A stretch of 64,000 nt of DNA from Candidatus Parcubacteria bacterium (GTDB taxonomy: Bacteria; Patescibacteriota; Minisyncoccia; Phycocordibacterales; JAKFXT01), in assembly GCA_021414235.1 (NCBI GenBank), contig JAIOOV010000004.1, positions 342,157-406,156 of the forward strand, given 5' to 3'. Below, one piece after another: positions 9,147 through 17,544 of the stretch. The stretch's first letter is position 1. Each line of letters starts with the position of its first letter. Under the pieces are notes generated by a model. The model saw only the letters and a list, made by a program, of their open reading frames with translations, was not told the origin of the DNA and made no database searches. Position numbers and translations under genes: made by a program.

Positions 9147-10859
9147 ATGAAACCTAGCCACGTCTTCCGCATACGCCTCTTCTCGGGACTCATGTTCCTG
9201 GTGGGGCTTGTGCTCATCGGCAAGCTCTATGCCATCCAGATCGTCTACGGCGATATTTTCCGCGAGCGCGGGGAGGCGCAGTACACGGGGACTGCCGGCG
9301 CCACGTTCAATCGTGGTTCGATCTACTTCTCCGACAAGGGTGGCAACCTGGTGGGCGCCGCCACGCTCAAGAGCGGCTATATCATAAGCATCAATCCGAA
9401 GCTTCTCACGGAAGAAGAGAAGGTCTACGAGATGCTCTCCGCTATTACGCCCATAGACCGCGCTAATTTCTTCGTGCGGGCCGCGCAGAAGACCGGCTCC
9501 TACCGGGAGATCGCCAAGCATGTACCGCTTGAGAAAGGCGCTCCGCTCGCGGAGCTCGATATCCCCGGCGTAGGCCTCCGTAAGGAGCGCTGGCGCTTCT
9601 ATCCCGGCAACGACCTAGCTTCTCAGGTGCTTGGCTTCGTAGGCTTCAAGGGTGACGTGCTCACCGGCCGCTATGGCCTAGAGCGCTACTATGACAACGT
9701 ACTCTCTCGTGACGAGAAGGGTGCGTATGCCAATTTCTTCGTACAGATCTTTTCTAATATCAAGGACTCTCTCGTCGAGCAGAAGCTCGACGCGGAAGGG
9801 GACATCGTGCTGACCATCGAGCCCTCTGTGCAGTCATTCCTCGAGGAGCGTCTCAAGGAAGTGGCACAGGCGCGTAATACCGATCTGGTGGGTGGCATCA
9901 TCATCAATCCGGAGACAGGTGAGATCTATGCCATGGCAGGGTATCCCGATTTCGACCCCAATGCCTACCAGGAGGTCAAGAATCCGCAGGTGTATGTAAA
10001 TCCGATGGTGGAGGGCGTGTATGAGATGGGCTCGATTATAAAGCCTCTAACCGTGGCTGCGGGGCTGGACGCCGGCGTCATCAATCGCAACACTACCTAC
10101 AACGATACTGGTACCATCACCTTGAATGGTTCAAAGATCAGCAACTACGATGGCAAGGCGCGCGGCGTCGTACCGGTACAGGAGATTCTCAGTCAGTCAC
10201 TGAACGTAGGCGTCTCCTATATCGTCGGGCGTCTCGGCAACAAGCGCTTTGCGGACTATATGCGGGACTTCGGCATAGGGGAGAAGACGGGGATCGATCT
10301 GCCGAACGAAGTAAACGGCATCATCACGAACCTCAACAGTCCGCGCGACCTGGAATACGCGAACGCCTCCTTCGGCCAGGGCATCGCTATGACGCCGATC
10401 GAGACGGTACGCGCGCTTTCCGTGCTCGGGAACGGCGGACATCTCATCACGCCGCATGTGGTCAAGCGCATCGACTACCGCTTGGGCGTAAGCAAGGAGA
10501 AGGCTTACCCGCCTGGCAAACAAGTGCTCAAGGAAGAGACCTCTACCGAGATTAGCCGCATGCTCGTCACTGTGGTGGACGAAGCGCTCCTCGGCGGCAA
10601 GGCTAAGCTCCCACATTATTCCGTAGGCGCCAAGACCGGTACGGCTCAAATTGCGAAGGAGAACGGTCGCGGGTACTATGAAGACAGGTATCTCCACTCG
10701 TTCTTCGCTTACTTCCCGGCCTATCAGCCTAAATTCCTCATCTTCTACTACGCAGTGAATCCCCATGGCGTGAAGTACGCCTCCGAGACCTGGACGGAAT
10801 CCTTCCAGAAGACCACTAAGTTTCTCATAAGCTATTACGAAGTCCCTCCTGATCGCTAG
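9147..10859 (+). CDS. ftsI: Penicillin-binding protein 3
   Basis: RFYPG, GLERYYD, YEMGSIIK (SxxK), SLN, KTGTAQ; dcw cluster position. Confidence 0.9.
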   Translation: MKPSHVFRIRLFSGLMFLVGLVLIGKLYAIQIVYGDIFRERGEAQYTGTAGATFNRGSIYFSDKGGNLVGAATLKSGYIISINPKLLTEEEKVYEMLSAITPIDRANFFVRAAQKTGSYREIAKHVPLEKGAPLAELDIPGVGLRKERWRFYPGNDLASQVLGFVGFKGDVLTGRYGLERYYDNVLSRDEKGAYANFFVQIFSNIKDSLVEQKLDAEGDIVLTIEPSVQSFLEERLKEVAQARNTDLVGGIIINPETGEIYAMAGYPDFDPNAYQEVKNPQVYVNPMVEGVYEMGSIIKPLTVAAGLDAGVINRNTTYNDTGTITLNGSKISNYDGKARGVVPVQEILSQSLNVGVSYIVGRLGNKRFADYMRDFGIGEKTGIDLPNEVNGIITNLNSPRDLEYANASFGQGIAMTPIETVRALSVLGNGGHLITPHVVKRIDYRLGVSKEKAYPPGKQVLKEETSTEISRMLVTVVDEALLGGKAKLPHYSVGAKTGTAQIAKENGRGYYEDRYLHSFFAYFPAYQPKFLIFYYAVNPHGVKYASETWTESFQKTTKFLISYYEVPPDR

Positions 10860-10866
10860 AATCACG

Positions 10867-12180
10867 ATGTTCAAAAGCCTCTTTAAATGGGTTGTCCTCT
10901 CCATCATCACCGCAGAGTCTAAGGCGGTGCTTAAGAAATTCCATCCGCGCATCATCGCGGTCACCGGGAGCGTCGGCAAGACCTCCACCAAGGACGCCAT
11001 CTACACCGCGCTCAAAGGCACGCTCTCGGTGCGCAAGAGTGCCAAGAGCTACAATAGCGATTTTGGCGTACCCCTCACGATCCTCGGGCGTGAAGGGGCC
11101 TGGAATAATCCTGTCGGGTGGATGCTGACCATGTTCCAGGGGATCAAGCTCCTCCTCTTAAACTACCCGTATCCGGAGTGGCTCATCCTCGAAGTGGGTG
11201 CGGACAAGCCGGGAGACCTGCGGGAACTCATGTCCTGGGTGAAGCCCGATATCACCGTGGTGACGCGCTTCCCGGATGTGCCGGTGCATGTGGAATTCTA
11301 CGAATCCATCGAGGCACTTTTCGCGGAGGAAGCTATCCCCGTGTTCTCGCTCAAGACGCCGGGGGTACTGGTTTTGAACAATGATGATGAGCGCGTGCGT
11401 TCTTTTGCGGATGATTCCCCGCATGCGGTCTATACCTATGGTTCCACGCCTTCCGCTACTGTGCGTAGTTTTGATGAGGCAGTGGAGTATGTTCCGGATG
11501 CCGAAGGTAAGCTCATGCCGATCGGCATGAAGTTCGATGTCATTTCGGGGGATCGTCAGGCAACACTCCGTGTGCGTGACGCTCTGGGCATGCAGCATGT
11601 CTATCCGCTCCTTGCGGCGGTCGCCGTAGGGCTCTCTCAGAACGTACCTCTCCTTGCTATGGCAGAGGCGCTCAACAAGGAGCATATGACTCCGCCCGGG
11701 CGCATGCGCCTTATTCAAGGGGAGAAAGAGACGTACCTCATCGACGACACCTACAACTCCTCTCCGGTGGCAGCCCGCGAAGCGCTCCTTGCCCTGGGAT
11801 CGCTCAAGGCGTATGGACGCAAGATCGCAGTGCTGGGGGGTATGCGTGAACTCGGTCAGTATACGGAGGAAGAGCACAAGAAGATCGGCGCTTTGGCGGC
11901 CGAACAAGTGGACATCCTCATCGGAGTAGGGGAGGAAGCTCGATATCTGGCGGAAGGAGCGCTTGATGCCGGCATGTCGGACGAGAATATCTTTCAATAC
12001 GACAATTCTCGGGAAGCGGGTAAATTCCTGGAGAGTATCTTGGTGAAGGGGGACATCGCGCTCATCAAGGGCTCCCAGTCGGTGCGCATGGAGCGCATCG
12101 TGGAGGAAGTCATGGAGCATCCAGAAGATCGTGCCAAGTTACTGGTACGCCAGGAACGTCAGTGGATCGTGAGGCCATAA
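10867..12180 (+). CDS. murF: UDP-MurNAc-tripeptide--D-Ala-D-Ala ligase
   Basis: AVTGSVGKTSTK, DDTYNSSP, VLGGMRELG, LIKGSQSVRME. Confidence 0.92.
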   Translation: MFKSLFKWVVLSIITAESKAVLKKFHPRIIAVTGSVGKTSTKDAIYTALKGTLSVRKSAKSYNSDFGVPLTILGREGAWNNPVGWMLTMFQGIKLLLLNYPYPEWLILEVGADKPGDLRELMSWVKPDITVVTRFPDVPVHVEFYESIEALFAEEAIPVFSLKTPGVLVLNNDDERVRSFADDSPHAVYTYGSTPSATVRSFDEAVEYVPDAEGKLMPIGMKFDVISGDRQATLRVRDALGMQHVYPLLAAVAVGLSQNVPLLAMAEALNKEHMTPPGRMRLIQGEKETYLIDDTYNSSPVAAREALLALGSLKAYGRKIAVLGGMRELGQYTEEEHKKIGALAAEQVDILIGVGEEARYLAEGALDAGMSDENIFQYDNSREAGKFLESILVKGDIALIKGSQSVRMERIVEEVMEHPEDRAKLLVRQERQWIVRP

Positions 12181-12278
12181 ATATATTAGTGAGAGATTTT
12201 ATATTGAAGGTATCTCTTGCGAGAGTGTAATACTTACAGTATGGTGCTTGAAAATTCACTCGAACCAAGGAGGTTTTC

Positions 12279-12833
12279 GTGACCACGTTCTTTCGAAGAG
12301 ATAAGAAGAAGGGTTTTAAAGCTCCACCTTCCGCGCGTAGCAAGGGGCCGACCTGGTCGCCCCCTTGGGTGAATCTGGTCTCCGGACAGGATCCCTTTGC
12401 GGCGGCAGAGGGTTCAAGGAAAACTTATCATCCCGACGGAATGCCTCGTATTCCGTTCGAGATGCTGCCGGAGCAGATCGCGCAACGAAAGAGTGAGCTC
12501 CAGCGCATGGCACTCGTACCGGGGAGGAAGATTCGCGCTGTCAGTACCCAGGGCAAAAAGTATCTTGGCCTGTTCTCCCGGGAGGACCCCAAGACCGGCT
12601 ACTTCTACATGAAGGGTTCGAAGGATCGGTTCGATCCCCGTGGCTCGGAAGTGGAGATTCGGCTGAATGACCTGGTCACTTTTAAGGGCGAGAAACCCAT
12701 CTATCTCGTTCTTGATTTGGACCAGGACAGAGCCAAACTGAATCAGCGTGAAGGGTGGGTGTTGGTCAGTGACCTTCGCTACTTCAGATCCATGATCCCT
12801 TCCCGTCAGGCGGAACGGTCGACGAGGAGATGA
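12279..12833 (+). CDS. Hypothetical basic protein (orphan)
   Basis: GTG start after AAGGAGG; TTGCGA-17-TATGGT upstream; terminator downstream. Confidence 0.65.
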   Translation: MTTFFRRDKKKGFKAPPSARSKGPTWSPPWVNLVSGQDPFAAAEGSRKTYHPDGMPRIPFEMLPEQIAQRKSELQRMALVPGRKIRAVSTQGKKYLGLFSREDPKTGYFYMKGSKDRFDPRGSEVEIRLNDLVTFKGEKPIYLVLDLDQDRAKLNQREGWVLVSDLRYFRSMIPSRQAERSTRR

Positions 12834-12859
12834 GAGCAGGATCTCCGGTCCTGTTCCTT

Positions 12860-12888
12860 GAAGGGCCCGTAAGGGCCCTTCTTTTTTT
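12860..12888 (+). terminator. Intrinsic terminator
   Basis: GAAGGGCCC-GTAA-GGGCCCTTC followed by a T-run. Confidence 0.8.
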
Positions 12889-12942
12889 GTAAAAATCGGG
12901 GTATAGTGTTGAACGCCTGCTCTGCAGGCACGTTTTAGATTC

Positions 12943-13017
12943 GGCCTTATCGTCTAGCCCGGTCCAGGACACGTCCCTCTCACGGATGAAACGGGGGTTC
13001 AAATCCCCCTAAGGTCA
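12943..13017 (+). tRNA. tRNA-Glu (CTC), CCA not encoded
   Basis: Acceptor GGCCTTA/TAAGGTC, anticodon arm CGTCC-CTCTCAC-GGATG, T arm GGGGG-TTCAAAT-CCCCC. Confidence 0.93.
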
Positions 13018-13031
13018 CATTGGCAGCAGAT

Positions 13032-13064
13032 ACAAAACAACCGCCTCGAAGGCGGTTGTTTTGT
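13032..13064 (+). terminator. Terminator hairpin after tRNA-Glu
   Basis: ACAAAACAACCGCCT...AGGCGGTTGTTTTGT inverted repeat. Confidence 0.75.
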
Positions 13065-13152
13065 TACCGAAGTAAGGTCTGAGTATACGACTCAGAAAGA
13101 AAAACCGCCGCGTCTTGCGACGCGGCGGGCCGTATGGGAGTTGGCTGAGCTC

Positions 13153-13524
13153 TCAGCAGTCCGGGTAGGCGATGGGGCCGGCCTGGCACTCGATCTGGAA
13201 CTGCAGCAGCTCCTCGACGTTCTTTTTCTTGCCGCCGACGACGCCGCTGCAGCAGTTCACGAAGGCGAGCTCCTGGCCGTGGCAGACCTTCTCTTGTACC
13301 AGCGGCCGCACGGCGTCGCTCGCATGGATGCGGATGAGCTGCTTGCCGAGGATGGAGCTGGGATCGACGCTCCAGGTCACGGCTTTGCCACCGTCCTGGG
13401 CTTCGTGCGCCTTCTTGTGGAGGAAGGCGACTCCTTCAGGGCAATCTTCCCTCACTGCGGCGAGCAGGGCTTCGGCACCGGCGAGACCCTGCGCGATGTG
13501 TCGCGTGATCGAAGGGAACGACAT
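13153..13524 (-). CDS. Hypothetical Cys-containing protein (orphan)
   Basis: SD GAGGAG; hairpin at 13105-13128 downstream; ends ...NCC...YPDC. Confidence 0.65.
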   Translation of the reverse strand: MSFPSITRHIAQGLAGAEALLAAVREDCPEGVAFLHKKAHEAQDGGKAVTWSVDPSSILGKQLIRIHASDAVRPLVQEKVCHGQELAFVNCCSGVVGGKKKNVEELLQFQIECQAGPIAYPDC

Positions 13525-13656
13525 AGGCTTCTCCTCGAAAGAACGCTGGCGATGTTACCAGCATGCCCTCCGCCATATATTACGGAGGGCATGCTGTCAG
13601 CATCTCCTTGTATGTCCAGCATTTAGCCCGCGTGAACGCAGCACGCAAAGCGCGGG

Positions 13657-14340
13657 CTAAGTGCTGGACACAAAGAACGAATCTATTTTTTCAATAGCTG
13701 CCTTCGTGTCCGCGACAAGATCAGTGACCTTGTTGTCGATGATCAGGCAGGGGATATCGGCTATCTCTAATTCTTGCTTGATCTGCTCAGCTACTCGACG
13801 GCTATTCACTGTGTCCTCTCGGACAATCACCCCCAGATCAACACCTTTAAGTATTCCCGTAGCTACCGGATCGGTACCCGCCCGTTCGTCTATGACCACA
13901 GCCTCTTTGGGGTTAAGCCGGAGGAGGGGGAGATACGTCTTTAGAGGAGCAGCAAGCGAATGGCTACAGGCTTCTAGGGAACGTACACGATCCGTGTGGG
14001 GACCGGCGGTCATGAGGTGAAGCAGGGGCTCTATCTCTACAGAGACGCTTTGAGTGAACGGGTCGAGAGGGGAGAGGGAGAAACAGATGCCTCTTTCCTC
14101 AGCAATCTTTACTGCCGCAAAGAATCCTCCGGAGCGTTCAGCTCCTACATACTCCTTTATCCGATCCGGATCGGTTCCTAGAAACACCTTTGGATCAGCT
14201 CCTAGGTTATATGAGAGGTCCATATTGTGGTCGGCATCAATAGCCAGAACCCGCATACCGCGGGAGTGCAGATGGCGCACCAGGGCGGTTGCCATGGTTG
14301 ATTTGCCGGAGCCTCCTTTGCCGAGGAATGCTATTTTCAT
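13657..14340 (-). CDS. CooC/MinD-like P-loop ATPase (metal-insertion type)
   Basis: MKIAFLGKGGSGKST deviant Walker A, IDAD, ACSHS, DERAG. Confidence 0.8.
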   Translation of the reverse strand: MKIAFLGKGGSGKSTMATALVRHLHSRGMRVLAIDADHNMDLSYNLGADPKVFLGTDPDRIKEYVGAERSGGFFAAVKIAEERGICFSLSPLDPFTQSVSVEIEPLLHLMTAGPHTDRVRSLEACSHSLAAPLKTYLPLLRLNPKEAVVIDERAGTDPVATGILKGVDLGVIVREDTVNSRRVAEQIKQELEIADIPCLIIDNKVTDLVADTKAAIEKIDSFFVSST

Positions 14341-14407
14341 AAACGCAACTTAGTTGCATTTAGGACTATACCTCAGATGGGTATCTAATTGCAAATCTAT
14401 TGCGTTT
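14341..14407. promoter_or_regulatory. Divergent promoter region with two GCAA-N5-TTGC palindromes (putative Fur-family operators)
   Basis: GCAACTTAGTTGC at 14345-14357 and GCAAATCTATTGC at 14391-14403. Confidence 0.6.
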
Positions 14408-14422
14408 AGGTACTATGAAGAC

Positions 14423-14719
14423 ATGGAAGATTTCAAAAAGCTCCTGCATGAACGCGGCTTCAGGGCGACACCTGGTCGTCTAGAACTATTGCGCACTCTT
14501 TTTATTGCAAAGCACCCGTTGAACGTCGATGAGATAGGGAAGAGGCTGGATCTCAATGTGGTTACGCTCTACCGTGCCCTCAATGATCTGGCCGATGCTG
14601 GTATTCTTCTGCGAGGGAGCGGGGAAGGAGATGCAATTCACTTCTCATACCCCAAGAACCACCATCATCACATGATCTGCACGGATTGCGGATTTAAGAC
14701 TGGCTGCGTCACTTGTTAA
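14423..14719 (+). CDS. Fur-family transcriptional regulator, compact (98 aa)
   Basis: GFRATPGR, TLYRALNDL, HHHHMICTDCG. Confidence 0.85.
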   Translation: MEDFKKLLHERGFRATPGRLELLRTLFIAKHPLNVDEIGKRLDLNVVTLYRALNDLADAGILLRGSGEGDAIHFSYPKNHHHHMICTDCGFKTGCVTC

Positions 14720-15840
14720 GCGTGACTGTGTCCGTGGTGTTCTCCTGATTTTCCGCGCTGCTTTTCAAGCATGTAGGAGGCGATGAGGGTGGTGATCGGT
14801 ACTCCGAGGATGAGGCCGATGCTGCCGATGATGATGCGCACTATCTCCGTAGCGAACATCTCGCTGTTGATGATGGAGGCCAGGCTCATGGTCGAGGAAT
14901 GCTGAATGAGGAGGAGCAGGGGCAAGGAGACGCCGACATAGGCGATGGCAAGGGTATTCACCAGGGCTCCGATGTGCTCGCGACCCACGCGAATCGCTCG
15001 CTTGTAGATCTCTAGCTTGGTCATATGCTTACCCGCTCTGAAGAGCTCTTCCACGGTAATGGCTTGGCCGATGGCGATATCGTAGAGCACGCCGAGGAGA
15101 CCTATCATGATCCCGCCAAAGAGGAGTCCGACCATATCGATGCCCCCGCGAGTATCAAAGTTGAGGTAGATGTTCTCTTCGGCCGTATAGCCGCTGAGGT
15201 GTCCTGCGTGGACGGCCCAGTATGCGGTTAAGCCGGTGACAGCCACTGTGCCGATCATGCCGAGCACGGCAGCCGAAGTGGTCCTGTTGAACCCATGAGT
15301 GATGTAGGACCCGATGATGATGATGAGTGAGGCGACGCCGACGCTCACGAGGACCGGGGAGTAGCCACCGAGGATCCCAGGAAGAAGGACATAGAGGATG
15401 AGCACGAGGCTTCCGAGCAGGCTTGCGAGCCCTCGGAGTCCCTGGATGCCGCCGAAGACGAAAAGGAGCGCCAGGAAGGCGACTGCGAGAATCAGCAGGA
15501 TATCTAGCCGATACGGATCCGAGACGACCCAGTAATCGCTCCCGCTTATGGAATTGCTTTGGTGGCGGATGAAGAAAACATCATCCTGGCTTAATTGGAT
15601 GTAGTCGTTCTGAAAGGTCACTACCTGGCCTTTGTCGGGACCATCAAGCACCTCTGCGGTAAGGGTCTGCGTCTTTGAGGGAGTATCGGTGCCGGGGATG
15701 ATGGTTTCGCGCTGATCTCTCGCTTCAAGTACCCGAGCGCGTTCGATGCTGATCGTGTCCGGTACCAGCTCGGATTGAGCGTGGGAAGGGGTGGGTAAAA
15801 GGGTAAAAGCAAGCGTCAGTAGGATGGCTTTGAAAATCAT
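14716..15840 (-). CDS. YibE/F-family membrane protein
   Basis: GIMIGLLGVLYD, VGREHIGALVNTLAIAYVG, GSIGLILGVPITT; His-rich tail EHHGHSHA. Confidence 0.85.
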   Translation of the reverse strand: MIFKAILLTLAFTLLPTPSHAQSELVPDTISIERARVLEARDQRETIIPGTDTPSKTQTLTAEVLDGPDKGQVVTFQNDYIQLSQDDVFFIRHQSNSISGSDYWVVSDPYRLDILLILAVAFLALLFVFGGIQGLRGLASLLGSLVLILYVLLPGILGGYSPVLVSVGVASLIIIIGSYITHGFNRTTSAAVLGMIGTVAVTGLTAYWAVHAGHLSGYTAEENIYLNFDTRGGIDMVGLLFGGIMIGLLGVLYDIAIGQAITVEELFRAGKHMTKLEIYKRAIRVGREHIGALVNTLAIAYVGVSLPLLLLIQHSSTMSLASIINSEMFATEIVRIIIGSIGLILGVPITTLIASYMLEKQRGKSGEHHGHSHA

Positions 15841-15958
15841 AATTAGAGTATACGCCCAAGAGCAGAAGCCGGCAGCCCCCGGCTTCTAATGGTTGTTAAG
15901 TATATAAGTCCCACCCGCCTCGATTTGCCTTTTCCTCCTATAGGCGTAGGCTCAGTCA

Positions 15959-16207
15959 ATGAACCCTAGATTTCTCATCTCAATCCTGGCTGCAGCTGTA
16001 TTCCTCGCCTCTTCTTTTTCTCCTGTTTTTGCCATCGCCGCGAGCTCCTATTACACCAATGTTTCTGGAGTCCAGGTTCATGTCCCTGTCCAAGCTGTTA
16101 AGGCACCCAAGGGGGCGTCAGCTCGATGCAAAGATGGAAGCTATAGCTTCAGTAAACACCGGAGCGGTACGTGCTCGGGACACAGAGGAGTGGCCAAGTG
16201 GCTCTGA
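15959..16207 (+). CDS. Small secreted protein, DUF3761-like
   Basis: Signal peptide; GASARCKDGSYSFSKHRSGTCSGHRGVAKWL. Confidence 0.8.
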   Translation: MNPRFLISILAAAVFLASSFSPVFAIAASSYYTNVSGVQVHVPVQAVKAPKGASARCKDGSYSFSKHRSGTCSGHRGVAKWL

Positions 16208-16258
16208 TTCGCTGCGCGGGTCACTGACACGCGTCCGCTAGGGTTATAAGATTGACCT

Positions 16259-16414
16259 ATGCGGGGATTCCTATTCTTTGGTTTGAAAGAAGCCCAGGCT
16301 TGCGTATTTGCGGGTTCCTTCTTCGTCCTCCTTTTCTTATCCAATCACATCCCGCTATTCGGCCTTCCTCGTTATGATTTCCTTTTCCTGGCAGCGCTTC
16401 TCCTCTACTCATAA
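16259..16414 (+). pseudogene. N-terminal fragment of a DUF817-like membrane protein
   Basis: MRGFLFFGLKEAQACVFAGSFFVLLFLSNHIPLFGLPRYDFLFLAALLLYS stops after 51 aa; family recognised from memory. Confidence 0.5.
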
Positions 16415-16609
16415 GGTGGGTGGTTTCTCTTTGATATATTCGTAGCCGTAATAGCCGCCGATGCCGAGTAGGGCGAGGAGTATAAGCAGGATGGAGAGAG
16501 AGCGGGTGTTCATGCTGTGATGACGGCTATAGCCTTAGGTACTTTCATGCTCCTAGTATATAGCGGAGAGAAGCAGGGCATAGTACCATTCAGGGCATAA
16601 TTAAACGAT

Positions 16610-16894
16610 ATGGATACTATAGATATTCTTGAGCGAGAGGAAAAGCAAGATAAAGATAAGCTGTCGGAATTAGAGCGCGAGCTCGGCCGTCGCCAAGGGT
16701 ATCTGAAACGGGAACAGGATAAGATCGAGGATAAGGAAAGGGAGATGAAAAACCAGATCGACGTACTCAAGCGAGGTTTATCCAGACTAGAAGAGGATGT
16801 AAAAAAGACGGAACAAGATATCACCGTCGTAAAGAGTAGAATCAGTAATAGGGATGAAAAAATAAAGCAGATGGCCAGTCAGAAGAGGAAATAA
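16610..16894 (+). CDS. Hypothetical coiled-coil protein
   Basis: Highly charged heptad pattern; TAATG coupling to the next gene. Confidence 0.7.
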   Translation: MDTIDILEREEKQDKDKLSELERELGRRQGYLKREQDKIEDKEREMKNQIDVLKRGLSRLEEDVKKTEQDITVVKSRISNRDEKIKQMASQKRK

Positions 16895-17466
16895 TGCTCC
16901 TGCTTCCGGATTCTTTCGTCATCTTTGATACCGAGTACACGGCCTGGGAAGGGTCGTGGCTGCGCGGCTGGGATAGGCCAGGAGAATATAAGGAGATCGT
17001 GCAGATCGGCGCACTCATCGCGGACGGCCGGACCCTCGAAGAGAGGGAATCTTTTCTCGTCCTGGTGAAGCCGGTCAAGAATCCTGTTTTGTCTGAATAT
17101 CTCTCTCTGCTTACCGGCATCACTCAGAAGGCAGTAGACGAGGAGGGGTTGGATCTCCAGGATGCGCTCAGCCGCTTCCGTGCTTGGGCGGGGGAGAGGG
17201 AGATGTACGCTTTTGGTCATGACGGGGATGTCATAGAAAAGAACTGTCAGCTGGTGGGTATCGATTCTCCGTTTGTGACGGAGCGATTCCATGATGTGCG
17301 CGAGGTATTTAAAAATGCAGGTACCGATGTCGATAGTCTCTCAAGTGGAACGGTGACGCGTGCATTCGGCAAAGAGCCAGAGCGTCGGGCACATAACGCA
17401 CTCTCGGATGCGCAGACCATTCTGGATGGACTGAGAGAACTCAAGAAGACCCTTCGCTTCAGCTAG
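16894..17466 (+). CDS. DEDDh 3'-5' exonuclease
   Basis: IFDTEYT, EIVQIGA, TGITQ, HNALSDA. Confidence 0.9.
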   Translation: MLLLPDSFVIFDTEYTAWEGSWLRGWDRPGEYKEIVQIGALIADGRTLEERESFLVLVKPVKNPVLSEYLSLLTGITQKAVDEEGLDLQDALSRFRAWAGEREMYAFGHDGDVIEKNCQLVGIDSPFVTERFHDVREVFKNAGTDVDSLSSGTVTRAFGKEPERRAHNALSDAQTILDGLRELKKTLRFS

Positions 17467-17544
17467 CACGAGATCTGTACGCTTTGGAAAAAGATCAAGC
17501 GCTTTCTATGCATAAAGGGTATTTCGTGGTAAAATATTTTTTCA

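Noticed and set aside
16409-16548. TGA recoding (genetic code 25) suggested by an in-frame TGA
   Set aside because: Conserved genes such as mreC, mrdA and ftsW end in TGA and have no internal TGA, so a decayed gene is simpler.
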